A stretch of DNA of 64,000 nt from Podarcis liolepis (Eukaryota), in the NCBI GenBank assembly GCA_965112155.1, contig OZ218104.1; one strand, given 5' to 3'. The notes beneath the pieces were generated by a model. It had not been told where the DNA came from and ran no database searches. It was given only the letters and a program-made list of their open reading frames with translations. The position numbers and the translations under genes are program-made. Shown in pieces: positions 20,397 to 35,443 of the stretch (position 1 is the first letter of the stretch; every line of letters begins with the position of its first letter).

Positions 20397-23300
20397 GGAG
20401 ACCCAAAATGGGAGGAGGAGAGGAAAATCTGTCTGCAAGTGATCAGTTTAGACTTCTGGCAAAAGTGTTCTGTCCAATGCTCTGCCAGTGTCAGTGGGAC
20501 CAAGTTTATTAAGTCTGTATCCTTCAGCTCCTGTGGGGGGTTGGCCTGTTGCCCATTCTTTCAGTTCAGTGCCCAGGGTACAATTCTGGGAGCTGCTATC
20601 TAGAGAACCACAAGTGGACTCTCCTGCTCAGGTGATATGTGCACAAACAGACCACATTCACATTATCTAAAGGGCTTTGTAAGCAGAGTGCTTTGCCTCT
20701 CATTGAACACAGAAGCCATTTAGCAAAGGAAGCAGCTCTCCTCCACTTACTTGTGAGGGAACCAGAGGGCAAATGGAAGTTGTAGTCCACTACATCTGGA
20801 GGTTACTGTATCAGCTACACCTCACTTAAATCCTGCTAATCTCTAATCTACCTGTCTTTCTGGCCTGTCTTGTCCTATCCCCCAATCCCACTTGGATCTT
20901 GAAGAGGCCTCTTACTGAGTACAGTGGTACCTCGGTTTACGAACTTGATCCGTTCCAGAAGTCCGTTCTTAAACCGAAACCATTCTTAAACCGAGACATG
21001 CTTTCCCTAATGAGGCCTCCCGCCACCGGTGCCCTTCCACCGTTAGGCTTCCGTTCTTAGACCGAGGTAAAGTTCGCGAACTGTGACAACAACTTCCAGT
21101 TTTGCAGTGTTCTTAAACCGAATAGTTCGTAAACAGGGCTGTTCTTAAACCGAGGTACCACTGTACAGTTAATAAATCATGTTACCACCTGCAAACCTTC
21201 TCATTTGGCTGAAGTGTTTTTGTCTTAATGCAGCCTACACCCCCCAGGTCATAACAGGGGGCATCCCAGATTCTGAGCTCCTCCTTCCAGAATTGCTGAA
21301 GAAAACAGGCTATGTCAATAAGATCGTTGGCAAATGGTAAAGCTTCTTTTTGAATATGTCCCTTTTTTGTATGGCTTACTTTACATGTGAGAGAATCAGA
21401 GTTCAAATAAGTTGGTTTAATTTGTGATTTCTGCCTTCAGAAATCTTGGCAGGGAATCGTCCCCCCACCACCTGCTGTGACTAATTTTAGAGCCAAGGAC
21501 TATCATATAATAGAGGCAACATGCTGCACTTATTTTCATAAGAAATTACAAACCTGCATTGCCAGAGCATGCCATAAGCAGTCATCAAATCGTTTATCTT
21601 TGGCCCTTGCAAAATGTTAATCTCTGAGGTATGGCACTTTCTGCCTAAATTGTAAGCTGTTCCCTTTTGATCCTGCTTGAATAGCAGAGTTATTGAGTGG
21701 CTTCAGAGATGCATTCCCTTCCCCAAGGAGAGAAGGACTGATGCTAGCACTCTTCCGAGGAGTCATAGCATAATCTAGGCGGGCAGAGGGTAAACTGGGA
21801 ACTACTGAACAAATATTGACCCACAATCTGCTTGTGCTGTATCCCAGGAGCTCTTTTAAAAGAGCTAAGAGTTGGATCATTGAAATTGATGACAAACCTC
21901 TCTGGTGCTGGCGCAGGTGTTAACAAAGGTAACGGCAAGGCCACTGAAAATGGTTCTTTTATATAAATCATGGTTGTTAAGAAAAGCCTCACAGCAGCTG
22001 AGGAGGAAAGTGTGATTTCTGAGCCACTTTGGATGAAAAAAGGAGAGAGACAGAGATGACTGTTCTCTTCCTATTGCTCCCCTGACGATTGACTTCCCAG
22101 ATTGGTGTATGAATTTACTGCTGATGAAGAGATCAGTGGATCAGGCAGGGTTTTGTAACTTTTTCCTTAAGGGGATTCTTCTGTTTGAAATGTTCGTGTG
22201 TTTAAGGACCATAGTTTGGTCTTACCTTCTAACCTAAAAGACACACCTCCTCCTTTCTACTCTGTGGCTTTAGCACCTGTTGCTACACTGCCACCTCCCT
22301 GATCTATTAATGGGGCGACTCAGGATTGGGGAGTTCTTAGATCAAAGTGCATTGTAAAATCGCATGTGCAAGTCTTTGTGGCAAAGGATGCCACTGCTGG
22401 GGCTGGACAGTGAGCCAGGAACCGGGAGCTGCGGGTTGAAGCCAGTGGTCAGGACCAAAGATTAAGCCCAGGACTAAAGGAGAAACCAGGAGGCAGAATT
22501 GAGAAACAAGCCAGAAATCGGGACTGAAGAATGGTCAAAAGGATGCAAAATTACACTGCAGTTCAGGAAGACCTTAACTGGAACAGGCAACCCTGTTGTG
22601 TGGTTTTCTGCCCTGAAGGATTCAAAATACCAGCCTGGGCAGATAGAGTCAGTGTGTAATTGAGTGGCTCACCATATGAGGCAACCATACACAGACCCAA
22701 AGGTTCTGACTTTGAAGTGTGTTGGCCTTGGTTGCCGCTGTAACAAATTTAAAGCAAGGATAGCCAGTCCCGGCCAGCAGGGCCCAGTGGTCATAGACAA
22801 TAGTAGTTGTGGTCTACCAATATCTAGAGGGCACCACATTGGATTCCCGCAATTTCAAGTAGCACATTCTGCAACAGAATTAATAGCCAAATCTTTCTGG
22901 AGATAAAGTGTGTCATGCAAAAAATGTCAGGCCAGGATAATACAGCTAATAAATGCAGCACCTACACGAGCATTTTTTTTCCATTAGTTTGGGGAGCAGA
23001 TTCAAGGGTCATTGTTAATAGAGAGTCCAGGGGGACCTGGGTTCAAACACCTTGCTTGGCAGTACAGTATATGTGACTCCTGGTTGGCAGCTCAACTTAC
23101 GTTACACCTCATTGAAGATAAAAGGGCAGCGGGGTGACATTGTTCCTTGGAGGAAGGGCAGATTAAAAACAAGGGCAAAATAACACAGGCCAAGAAAGGA
23201 TGCATATATTTCAGGGGATTTGCCAACAAGCTAGCGAACATTCACTGATGATCAAGCTGTTTGCCACTAGAAGCACCATCCTAGGAAAGAAAGCAAATGA

Positions 23301-26300
23301 ACCCACACCCGTGAATTATTTATTGCTGCAAATCCAAACAGCAGACTGCCGAAGAAGAAAAATACAGCTCAGTGGGCTGCAGGCAATGGGATGCAGCTGA
23401 GTGCTAATAAATGTAAATTCATACACCTGGGGAAAGGAAATAAACAGCACAGATACAGATTGGTTCCAGGGAGTTATCTGGAAAGCAGCAAGTCTCAAAC
23501 AACCTCAGAGCCATAGCAGAAAGCTAATTAAGTCTGAGCTTGCAGCATAGTTCCTCTTGTGAGGGTAGGAAGCACTGGATTGGTTAGACCTGGCGCCTGT
23601 TGTGTCAGCCTGTTTCTAGGGCTGAATGTCATTGCCAGTCGGTAAAGGGGTGCAGCGCAGAAGAGGGAATGCAGTGCATTCTTCACTCTGCAGGCTGTCT
23701 TTTTGTGGTGCTTCCCCCCACAATAAAAACAGCGCAATGTGGGCCGTGCTGGGCAAGTAGAGGACCAGTGCCTGCCCCACCCCCACCCCACTTGTCACAT
23801 GGTTTGGTGCAATCTTCCATGCTTAGCCAGCTGGTCAAAACTCTGCCCCCAAAAGAATCTGAATTCTGTGACTTAATCATTTAAATAGGTATACTTTCCT
23901 TCAACGTGATTCCAAAAATAAAATCAACATGTTAAAATACAGTAATTCAGTAAACAATGCGATATGACCAACCACAGTAAAACAATGAAGCATATTGCCA
24001 CATACCTGGTCTTAAAAACCGGCAGATGCCTGAGTGAAAAAGCAAGTCGTTAGCAGGCGTCAAAAGTGCATCAGAGTCTGCAGCTTATTTCAGGGAGGAA
24101 ATGATTCCATGAGATCGGTTACCCAACAGAGAAGGCTTGTCACACCATGGCCCTAGGCAAGATGAGGCACAACTAAGACTTCCTCATCTGAGAATCTCAG
24201 CATGGGAGAAAACATACTTCAAGTGTCCAGGCCTATGTCAATAAAAACCCTTTAATATTGCTTGGTGGTAAATTGACAGCCAGTTCAATTCTTTCAACAA
24301 TGGCATCCCATGGCTCAGCAGTCTAGCTGCCAAATTCTGCAGTACCTGCAGCTTCTGAACCAGCTTTAAGGGCAGCCCCACGTAGAACAGATTAGAGTAA
24401 CCCAGTCTTGAGGTTACCAGTGTTATGGGTTGCTGTAACCAGGCTGTCTTTGTCCAGGAATGGCAAGGAATGATCATCGCTTGTACACCAGCCAAAGCTG
24501 GTAAAAGGTGCTCCTAGCCACTAGTTAATTGTGCATCCTCAGGCTAAGCCTGAACTCAGACTGGATTGGATCCAGATAATCATTTTTCTCTAAGAGCACC
24601 CAAAACTGAAAAGCCAGCACCCGCCTTAAGCTTTAATTATACAAATTAAGCATGTTGGCTTCGATTTTCTCATTTGCCATCATCATTCCTCTTTTCTTTA
24701 TGGAGCAGGATAAGGAACTATGTGGGCTAGCTTCAATGCCTGCTCTGGCTCTGGAAATGGCACAAGGTTACATCAGTCTTTGCCAACCTGGAACCCTTCA
24801 GATGTTCTGGACAACAGCCGCCATAAGCTGCAGCTAGCACAGCTTATGGTACTTGTAGCCAAGAAAATCTGAAGGGTATCAGGTGAAGGGTATATTACAT
24901 TTTTCACATATTTTTGAGCCATGGAAACTACTATTGATAAGTGCTGTGCAGGGTTCAGCAGAGGAAATGGTCCAGCAAGGGACTTTGGGAGGTTACAGGT
25001 GATGGACCAGGAAGCCCCCAAAGGCAAATTATCTGAATTAGTTCGCTGTGGGCCTTTCACTGTCTATTTCTTAACCATGGGTTATTACATCTGTCAGCTT
25101 CTTCGTTACAGTGCATTTTTTGTGCAGTGCTGATAGGGTGATTGATCTTCTCTTATGCATCCCTGACTGGTCTTTTCTTTTTCTTTACTTTTTGTTAATC
25201 TTTTCTAGGCACCTTGGCCACAGACCTGAGTTCCATCCCTTGAGGCATGGATTTGATGAGTGGTTTGGATCCCCTAATTGCCATTTTGGACCTTACGATA
25301 ACAAGGCAGCACCTAACATCCCTTTTTACAGGGACTGGGAAATGATTGGCAGGTAGCCACTTTTCTGTGTCACCTGTACCTTGTTGCCTTTTGCTTTTCT
25401 TCTGCTTTTTCTGGCTCCTTTTAAGCTCTGCTACAGAAGAGGGCCTAGGGCTCCATTCTGCTGCCCTTCCTTCCTTCCAGCAGAGCATAACTTGCTGGCG
25501 TTTGCCTTTTTCCCCCCTGTAAGAGGCCAGGGGGCTCTAGGCTTCTGGATCAAGGACCTCTGCAGGGCTGCATTTTCCAGAAATTCCACCACACGTCAAC
25601 ACTTACTGAGACACACCAGGCACCCGAGGTGAAGTGATGGAAACACCACCTGATACGCACACAGAGCGGGCTTGCAGTACCCCCTGAGGAGCTGCCATAT
25701 GCAGTGAATTATGTATGAGAACTCCATTAACAATGACAAGGTTGCAGAGTTAATCACTCGGAAGTTAGGAAACACCAGCCCCCAACTGGCTTACTTTTCT
25801 GCTGTAGCTTTGGCTGAAATCCACCAGCCAATGTTACTCCTGAGAAAATCACTCTGAAGGCCCCTTCTAAGTTATGCTTTCCTCTACAGAAATATAGTAT
25901 GTCTCCATTTAAAGGTAAGAGATATTAAGAAGTGCCTCTGATTGCTTTCTGTGTGGCATTAAATGTGTTTTTGTCTGCGGTGCTGCCCAGTCTAGTGTGC
26001 TTATGAGTGGTGGAAAAGGTCCTGTTTATGCATTATCTAGGTAAAGGTAAAGGGACCCCTGACCATTAGGTCCAGTTGTGACCGACTCTGGGGTTGCGCG
26101 CTCATCTCGCTCTATAGGCCGAGGGAGCCGGTGTTTGTCCGCAGACAACTTCCGGGTCATGTGGCCAGCATGACTAAGCCGCTTCTGGCGAACCAGAGCA
26201 GCACACGGAAATGCCGTTTACCTTCGTGCCGGAGCGGTACCTATTTATCTACTTGCACTTTGACGTGCTTTTGAACTGCTAGGTTGGCAGGAGCAGGAAC

Positions 26301-29300
26301 CGAACAACGGGAGTTCACCCCGTTGCGGGGATTCGAACCGCCAACCTTCTGATTGGCAAGTCCTATGCTCTGTGGTTTAACCCACAGCGCCACCCGCGTC
26401 CCTTCTATGCATTATCTACTACTCTGACATTTTTGCAGTTTTCCCCAACCTTGTACCCTCCAGATACTTTGAACAGCTTCCACATGTTGTTGGGTTCCAA
26501 ACTCCTACCTCCCCTGACCACTGGCTGTGCTGGCTATGATGGGAGCTGTACTCCTATATATCTGGAGGGCCCAGTGTTGGGGAAAGCTGGATTAAACTAG
26601 ATAAGATAAATAGCCGAAAAAGCAATCCTCAGCGAAACAGAGCAGAGCTATTTGAGATTGTATTCATGGTTTGCGTACATGGAGTAACGTTTCCTAATAC
26701 ATAGTGACTCGCTGCCAACTTCCCAGGGGACTGATGGTGAGCAAAGCACTTATTCCACCACTGCCATATCCTGTAAAACATCTGGAACATGTTTTCTGTT
26801 TTTTGTTTAAAACTTTCTAGGTATTACGAAGATGTAAAAATTGACCATAAGACGGGGGAAGCCAACCTAACTCAAATGTACTTACAGGTACTCTGTATTC
26901 TGATAAAACATTCTTTAAAACCCACAGGCACTTTCTGCTTGCTTGCTTGCTTATACATATGTAGCATGGGTGGCCATATTTAAGGTTGATTCTCTTGTCA
27001 TTTCCAGGAAGCCCTTGATTTCATTAGCACACAGCATGCCAGCCAACAGCCGTTCTTTCTGTATTGGGCAATCGATGCTACTCACGCGCCTGTGTATGCC
27101 TCCAGGGAGTTCTTGGGCACTAGCCAACGAGGGCTGTAAGTCGCTTTTTGAGCTGAAGTATCATTTCCTCCTCCTCGCCTTTTTCTGGCACTAGAAGAAA
27201 AGCACTAGAAGAAAACCAAGAACAGTGGCGGTTGACAATAGAGATCACAACTTACAAATTTAAAAGTACATGTGTTATGAGCATTAAAGAGCAGCAGGTG
27301 CTTTGAGAGTGTTTATCCTTGGTTGAAGACTCTCTTGCAATCAGAAATAAAAGTCTTGCATCCAAAGCAAATAGGGTTGACAACTATTGATTGAGATCAA
27401 AGATTCTGGTACCTGGGTACAGTCTGGAGGCAAGACCAAAGCTGATCTGAGGGTTATCTAGCCAGGGAGCCAAGCATAAAAGCTGTCATATCAAAGGCGT
27501 ACAGCCCAAAAAAACCTGGAGGGAAGAGTTAGACTCTCATTTTCTGACAACTGACCCCGAAGCAAAACCAAAAATAAACATTTAAAATGGCCACATTTTA
27601 TTTATTTATTTATTTAAACAGTAGATTGGTAACTTTCTGCATACCGTATTTATTCAAATCTAATGCTCACCTTTTTTGGCCAAATTACATTACGAAAATT
27701 AAGGTGCGCATTAGATTCTATGGCACATTTACATTTGCCACCAAATAGGGTTTTTTTGTTTTGTTTCAAGGTTCTGAAAATTGAGGTGCATGTTAGATTT
27801 GATGGTTCATTAAACTCAAGTAAATACGGTGTTTTTAGTGGATGGTGTCTTCCCTCCCCTCTCCAATTTTGTTTATAGAGGTTAATTTGAGCCAGGAATC
27901 ACCAGGGCTTAGTCCAGGAACATGTGTCCAGCATCAGAGATTAAGAAATTTGGTAGACTCCCCCCCCCCATCCTTTGCACTAAGATTTCCTTTGCAACTT
28001 TCAAGTACTCTGTGTGTGTGCCTGTCCACACACACACTTCCTCTGTGGTTCCTCTTCTCCTCACCATCCATGCCAGTTTTGCTTTGAGGACATTCTGTGC
28101 TGAGTGAAGATGACCAGCTGAAATGGAGTGGGGCTTTCAAAAGGCCCCCAAATCAGAAAGAAGGGAGCCAGCTTTGTGGTGATCAGCAGCTTCCCTTGTG
28201 AGAGTGGGTGGGTCTTGCTGTTGGATTTTTAGCTTTTCTGGGAGCACATCTGAAAGTTCTCTTGGTGATACTGAGTGACCACTTGAATATAACTAAGAGC
28301 TATATATAAAAACAATACCTAATAATTAATGTGTTAATTATGAACAAATAAAACTTTTAAAAACAGTTAAGAGCTTTGCTCTAACAACCAACATACCCCT
28401 CCCCAAACATAACTAAGATTTGTAAATTCCAGGTGGGTAGCCGTCTTGTTAAAGCAAAAACAAAGAGGTTTGTGGTATCTTAAAACTGACCTGAATGTCT
28501 CATGCATCTTGACAGCATGGACTCTGACCTATTCAAGCTTTTGCTAGAATAATAGTGCATATTAACTGGAATTCAATCCCACTTCATTCAACAGAGCTTA
28601 CTCCAAGGTCAGGGTGAAAAAAAATCCAATCCTGAGAGTAAGCCCCCTTGAACACAGTAAGACTCACTTCTGAGTAAACATGCATGTGCTTTTACACATT
28701 TAAGTTCCCAAAAAGACTCCATATTTGAAGAACTGGAAAGAAACATTTTTTGCCCAAACAAATATGCAGAATAACTCATTCCTTTTCCAATTATTTAAGA
28801 CATTTTTATACTGCCCCTCATTAAGAAACGTTCCAGGGTGGCTTACAAACAATATAATTCAATATAATGTGCTAACTTTTATACTGACTACATAAAGTCA
28901 ACACATTAAAACCACTGAATACTTAATATCTACAGTACCTAAAAGAAATACTAAAAGCTTGGTATTAAGACCTTTAAGAAGAAGGGCCCCGCTGGAATAG
29001 ACCAAAAGCCCATCTAGTCCAGCATCTTGTTCTCACAGTGTCCAGCCAGGTGCCCAAATGGGAATCCTATAAGCAGGGATCTCATAAGCTGTTGTAAACA
29101 ATTAGCAAATAGATGAGTAATAGCTGCCTAAAACCAATAAAAAGTGACATATTCCTTATCAGTACCAGTATCCTCAGCCCTTAGTAGTCTGTTATAAAAT
29201 TTATTTTGTAAATGAAACACTTTTTCTGAACCCTTGCTATTTTTGGAACTGGTTGATTTAAAAAGGGGGGTTGTTTTATGTGTTTATTATTTTGTTGTAA

Positions 29301-32300
29301 GCAGCTTTAAGAGCAGTGTGTTGGAAACTATTTACAGATAAATAAATATTACCATTGCATATTACAGAATCTACAAGTCCTAAACACAAAACACACCCCC
29401 ACCCCCACTTGACAGGCTTGTCATTTGCTCTCCCTGCCTCTCAGGTATGGTGATGCAGTGCGAGAAATTGACGACAGCATTGGGAAAATACTGAGTCGCC
29501 TTCAAAAGCTGGGCATAAGCAACAACACCTTCGTATTTTTCACATCTGACAACGGTGCTGCTCTTGTTTCCGGTCCTGATCAAGGTTGGTCTTCCTGGTA
29601 CATAGCTTGTCAAGTTAGGAATAGAGAATTTGAGACTTCCGCATTTCACCTAGTTTGTTCCTAAGATCTAACTGGTCCATTCCTAAGATCTAACAGGTAA
29701 AATGTGGCCTGCTGACATCTGAACCAAATTATTGAGCCCCAGATCTGTAAATTCTCCTTAGCATGTCTCAATAAATGCAGAGGATCTTACAAGCATGTCT
29801 ACTGAACTCTGAAAAGCTGTTAAGATGACAATTCTCTTGCATTTACAGGTTTGCTCCATTTCACAACTTTTTGGTTTTTAGTTCCCTTGGGCACAGTCAC
29901 TGTGAATTAATCACTTGCCCCCTGTAATTTGTTCACACATCCCATCCCTGCAGTCTCAGAGGCAACTCTGAGGTTGATTTCAGGAGCATACAGATCAGAA
30001 GGAATTGCCACGAGTTCTAATCCCAGTCAAGTTATTGGCTCTTTTTATGACCTCCTGCAACTCCTGACTTTCAGCTGAGCAGCAATGGCCTCTGCTAACT
30101 GGCTGCTGATTTAGAACATTATATCTGTTTGCAGTTGTGATCTTTAGTATAGAGAGACAGGAAAAATTCTCTGCTACTAATCACCTTGTTTCTCCTTTAT
30201 TCAAATTACAATTAATGGTGATGCAAAGAGACTGAAGTAAACAATAGATACTTTGGAAATTACTCTTGACATTGGTTAACCAACCCACTGTATGGAAACT
30301 GGGGTCTCATTCTGTCTCTTTGTAGCCTTCAGCAAATCACTGTTTCTCGGCCTCCTTCCCTACTCATAAAAATGTTAATAATAATAATAACAATAATAAT
30401 TAAGAGCCTAATCTTCTGGAACACTTAAGAGGATGAATGCGTTAAGGTTTGTATGGTAGTTTGTAGGCTAAAAAACCATCTTCAACTGAGACTTAAAGCT
30501 TGTTTTCTAAAAGCTACACAAATGCAATGTCAAGAAATAAACGAACATCAAGTATATGTTGTCATTATGATATTTCAGTGATGTCACACCAGTGTCACAG
30601 GTCAGTATGCTACTGCAAATGTCCAGGATGGAAGGGTTAATATGCTATGTAGACTATGATGTTGATTGACATTGTTCAAAGGACTTGAACAAAATTTGTT
30701 GGTGGTGTCCTTGGGGAATAGGTTTGTTTTACCCTTTAGTTTTGCTTATTTCACCTTTGAGTCATACCTCTCCAGAGCTCTTTTAGAATTACTGTTTTCT
30801 CTTTCTCTAGCTGGTAGCAATGGCCCTTTCCTATGTGGCAAGCAAACTACCTTTGAAGGTGGCATGAGAGAGCCAGCAATTGCCTGGTGGCCAGGACATG
30901 TACCTGCTGGTCAGGTGAGAGTCTGGAGTTATTTAATGACTTTGTTACAGTCTGTTCTGAAGGTGTATCTTTCTTTTTAATGAATTATAGTGGGCTTTTA
31001 GTCAGAGAGCCCTGTTCTCATCTTGCAGAAGAGCCTTCCAGACATGGCAGTAAGATCTGGTGTTGCAGCACTATGGAGTGAGCAATTTGCTCCCACAAGG
31101 CTAGAGGTAGACGGAGGCCTTTTGAGCCCTTGCTTCCAGTCTGGCTCTCCCAGGTTGCATCCTCTTTGTGAGAACTGCAATCCTCTGGCCTGTAGATGGG
31201 CATTCTCCTGCACTGTCTGGCCTCCTGCATGGTGTACTTCTTGCACCCTTTTGAATCCATAGAGGGTCACTGCCAGGCACTGCAGACAACACTGAGCCAG
31301 ATTAACCAATGGTTTGAGTCAATACAAGGCAATTTTGTATGTTCATCAGGGTAACTCAGTTGATCTTCCACCACTCTTATAGTTAGAGAGACCTTTCTCC
31401 AATCCTGCCTAGACATTTTTAGTGGCAGTTCAGCCACCCAGGCCATTGCCATGAGAGCTATGCACCTAAGCATCCCTAATTGTCTTCCAGATTGCTGGCT
31501 TGCTTCCATAGGGCCAACACTGTTACCTGTAACAAGTGCATGCACAATATTCAGGACACATGTTTAAAATGGAGTATGTGTGCTCACTCCTCCTCCCTAG
31601 CTTGACTTAGCTTTAATTGTGAGCCCTATGGAACAGAATCCTTCTGTATCTGCACAATGATGAGTTTATAACTGATATACTAAATTAGCAGATCTCATGT
31701 TAGGGAAGCGTCCCTCGCATCCAAGACCCTGGAACTAGACAAAAGTGGGTTAGGATTTTTAGGTGACTGTTGCACTGAGGGAGGTCTGTGTACTAGGATG
31801 TGGCTGTTTCTCTGCTTAAATGTGAAGTGATTCTGAGCTCTACAATAACCAGCAGGTAGCTCTCATCAGGTGGCTACAATGGTGTGTGCAAGAAACCATC
31901 TTGGTACTCATTAATGATCAAATAATCAAAGCCTGCAGGAAACAGGTTTCTAAGTAAATAATGGGTGTTTTCTTTATTTAAAGAGAGAGAGAGAGCTATT
32001 CAGAAACTGGACTTTTATGAATCCTTTGTGCTCTTGGACGAAGAAAACTTTTAGTTTCTAATCTACATCTCCTTTCAAGGCTTTTTAATTAAATTGAGAA
32101 GAAGGCACTGTATGAATGACACATTGGCCCAGCTTGCACAAAACGCTAAACCACACACCATGGCTATGAGCAATTGTGCATGTTCCCAGAGTGAAGATCT
32201 CGGCTGCTGCATTCCTCCCTTGGTCCTGTTGCTGCTGTGCTGCCTGGGACTACATTATGGTTGAGCTTAGTGTTAAGTCTGAATCCTGGCTTGTCCCCTT

Positions 32301-35300
32301 ACAAACCACAAGTGGTAAACCAATAGCAAACATTGGCCACACCTTGTGGTTCGGAGTGAGACAAACGATGAGCCCAGGTTCGACCATAACATGCTCTTCC
32401 CTGTGATCATCATGTTTGCTTGTTTGCATTAAGTCATGGTTTGGCTCAATGTTGACTTGTGCACCATGTCATTGACTGACTGGGAAGGACGCTTCCAGAT
32501 ATCTTAAACCCAGTGAATGAAGTGGAGAGATGATTTCAGGTTTGTCACTGTTAATGTGTATTGCACACAATCATATGTCGTCCTCTTTAAAATGTTGAAC
32601 ATAGCACTTTTGATCTCTATTCAGAGGTGCTTGTGTAAGTGAACTCTTTGCAAGCAAAGGTCAGTGGTCTCTGAATGTTGCACACAACATACTTCTGATC
32701 CTCAGCCAGCAGGCTCCATCTGAGCCCCTCTACCGTCCCTTGGTGCCTCCTACTCACCATCCTAGAAGGGCTCTCCTGGGCAGTTGGCTTTCTTTGTTGG
32801 GATTGCACACCTTTAGAGATAAAGCCTCTGTTCCATGTGCCTGCATTATTTTATAGAGAAATACAGCACAATAGATGTTAATGGCAGTTTCCTCCTTACT
32901 TTCAAGACCTCTTAAGCTCTGAAGCCCCATAGTCTCCCTGCTGCAGGTGAGAAGTAAAGAGCTGCTTTTTGTTTCTACCTATCTGCTCTGGCATCATGTT
33001 CTGCTGATCTGCATGGTGCTTTTCCTGCTTTTCTAGTTCTTTCTTCATTCTTTCTCTTTTCAAGGTTTGTTGCCTGACCTCTTCTATCTGCTCCCCCTCC
33101 AAAAGAAGGATTTCAGTGGGACATATTTACAGATTTTCATTGCATATCTGCATTGCTTAATTCACTCCTTACTTTACTGTGTTGCCTAATTGAAGCTGAA
33201 GTAGCTCACAGCCTATCTTCATAATCAATGCCAGAAATATCTCTAGGACATCCGTAGATAACACCTCATGCATCATGAAGTGGACTGCAGCCCATGAAAG
33301 CTTAATGCCAGAAGAGAATTGTTAGATGTTTCAGGTGTTACAAGACCCTTTGTTGTTTTTGCTGCAGGAGACTAAGGCAGCTACTCCTCTGGAAATCTAG
33401 GAATCAATACAGGCATGAGTGGAAGTTGTTTACGTGGCTGGAGTTTCCTCTTTTTGAAGAGAGGGCAGAAGCTCCTTCCCAGAGGAATGTATTGCAACAG
33501 AAAAAAATCCTCAGTTAACCCTGTATTCCGCCATTGTTGTATTACAGAAGCTGATCTGTTTTTGTTTCTTTTGGCTGTCTTTAATTTGATACTGAGCTAC
33601 CCACCTACATGGCAGTTTACAAAGAATGAGGAGAGAACAGGCACCTGTTCCTAAGGACTGTCAACAGCCTTTGCCAACCTTGTGCCCTCCATATGATTTG
33701 GACCATGGCTTCCATCAGCCCTTGCCATGTTGGATGGAGCTGATGGGAGTTGTAATCCAAAATAACTGGAGGGAACCACGCTGGCAAAGGGTGACATACA
33801 GTATTGAAATTGACACAAAGACGGCAATAGAAGAAGGGAAGGGGTCTGTGTCAAAGGCTTCATAGGAAATGCTACATTCCAACATCATTTTGGGTACACT
33901 TAGTCCCCAGAGACCAGTGGGTTTAAGTACTCCTGTCTCTGTCTTGGATTGCAGCCTTTGACATGAACTCTTTTTTGCCCAAATGAATGGTTTGTGAGCT
34001 GATATTTTTTGTTACATGACAAACTCTGATATTCACAGACAGACAAACAAGCAAGCCTGCCTCCTCTCCAGCTGTGGAGCTTTATAAACCATTTTTAAAC
34101 AATAACAGCAGCAGAAGCAGCAGCACATGTGTCTGTTAAAGATGGAGCTGTGTGTTCATTGTACCAAAGGAAACTCAATTGATATATGCCTTTTAAATGA
34201 TGTACTGTGTGATGCAGACTGCAAATCTGGATATATTTATATTTGCAGGATTTGGAATATTCTGGCAACTACTAGCACATTGAAAAACAATAGAAGAGGG
34301 GATAAATAGCTTGGGTATGAGAAGGCATTAGCTGCCCTGCCATGTGAGAACTATCGTAATCTTGTCTTAAGATGGCATTTTTAAGCTTTCTACAGACATT
34401 CCTCATTATACTCTCAAACATGAGGGCTAGAAACTGCTTCAAATGAAAGCAGAAGTTCTCAGAAGGTCAATATGCATGTCAAGATTCTCAAGTGTGCAAA
34501 CAGAGTGGACATGGGGAATGTACTAAGTATACATACATTAGTCAAACTGAAGAAAGTGTGTTAAATATAAGAATAAAGGAACATGGTACAGCAGAATTGG
34601 AATGAGAGAATAGTGGGTGATTTTGTTTTTTTGGGTTAGTTCTGGAGGAGAGTTTTCTGAACCAGAAGCTTCCTCCTTACTTAGTTTTCATAGTGTCAGT
34701 TTTCATAGGGTTTTTTGCCCATACTGTTTTAGGTTGTAGAACATAAACAAGCACTCTTTCTGGATTTCTTGCTCTCCCCACTACCCAAGTCTTGGGTGAA
34801 TTTTCCAGGTGGATTCATAACCAGCGAAAACAAACTTTAAACATTTTCCCATGCTGCCTCTGCCTTCTAGAAGCATCCTGCTGGCAGGAATCTGTATTCT
34901 GCTGTTCTTTGAATCCTCTGTTTGCTCTGTGCCCCCTCCTTTCCTTTGCTTTCCTTTCCTTTCTCTTCCCCTCCCACTGCCGCCACAGCTCTCTCCCCCC
35001 CCCCCCGCGCACTCCCCTCTTCCCACCTCCCTGGTTCTGCTCCCTGAAGGAGAAAAGAACATATCAACCCAAAGACAGCAGTGCAACCTTTTCTTCACTA
35101 TCTCCCACAGGGCACAAATTGAAATTGAATTAGACAGGGATATCAGGTCTGCTTGCTGTGATAAATGTAAAAGGATTTTATTTAAAAACACCCTGACATT
35201 TGTTCACCCAGTTTCAAATATTTAGCTTTCCCCCTTTCCATTCCTGGCGGGGGCAACTTTATTAATTGTCGCCTTTGATTCAGAGTTAGAGCTTGAAAGC

Positions 35301-35396
35301 ACTGATAACGCTGGCGCTGGCTATTTCTTCTCGCAATGTGGCCCAGAGCAAAAAGGATTTCATTTTCTTAAAGACATTCTGTGTATGCCGAGAGTT

Positions 35397-35443
<47 letters not shown>

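Noticed and set aside
30998-33150. Possible nested antisense gene in GALNS intron 9 (minus-strand donors at 32899 and 32757, acceptors at 32811 and 31527, coiled-coil-like ORF 32902-33102)
   Set aside because: Joining the candidate exons hits stop codons or phase conflicts, the acceptors are weak, and I recognise no protein family. A lncRNA or decayed pseudogene cannot be excluded without RNA-seq or tBLASTx.
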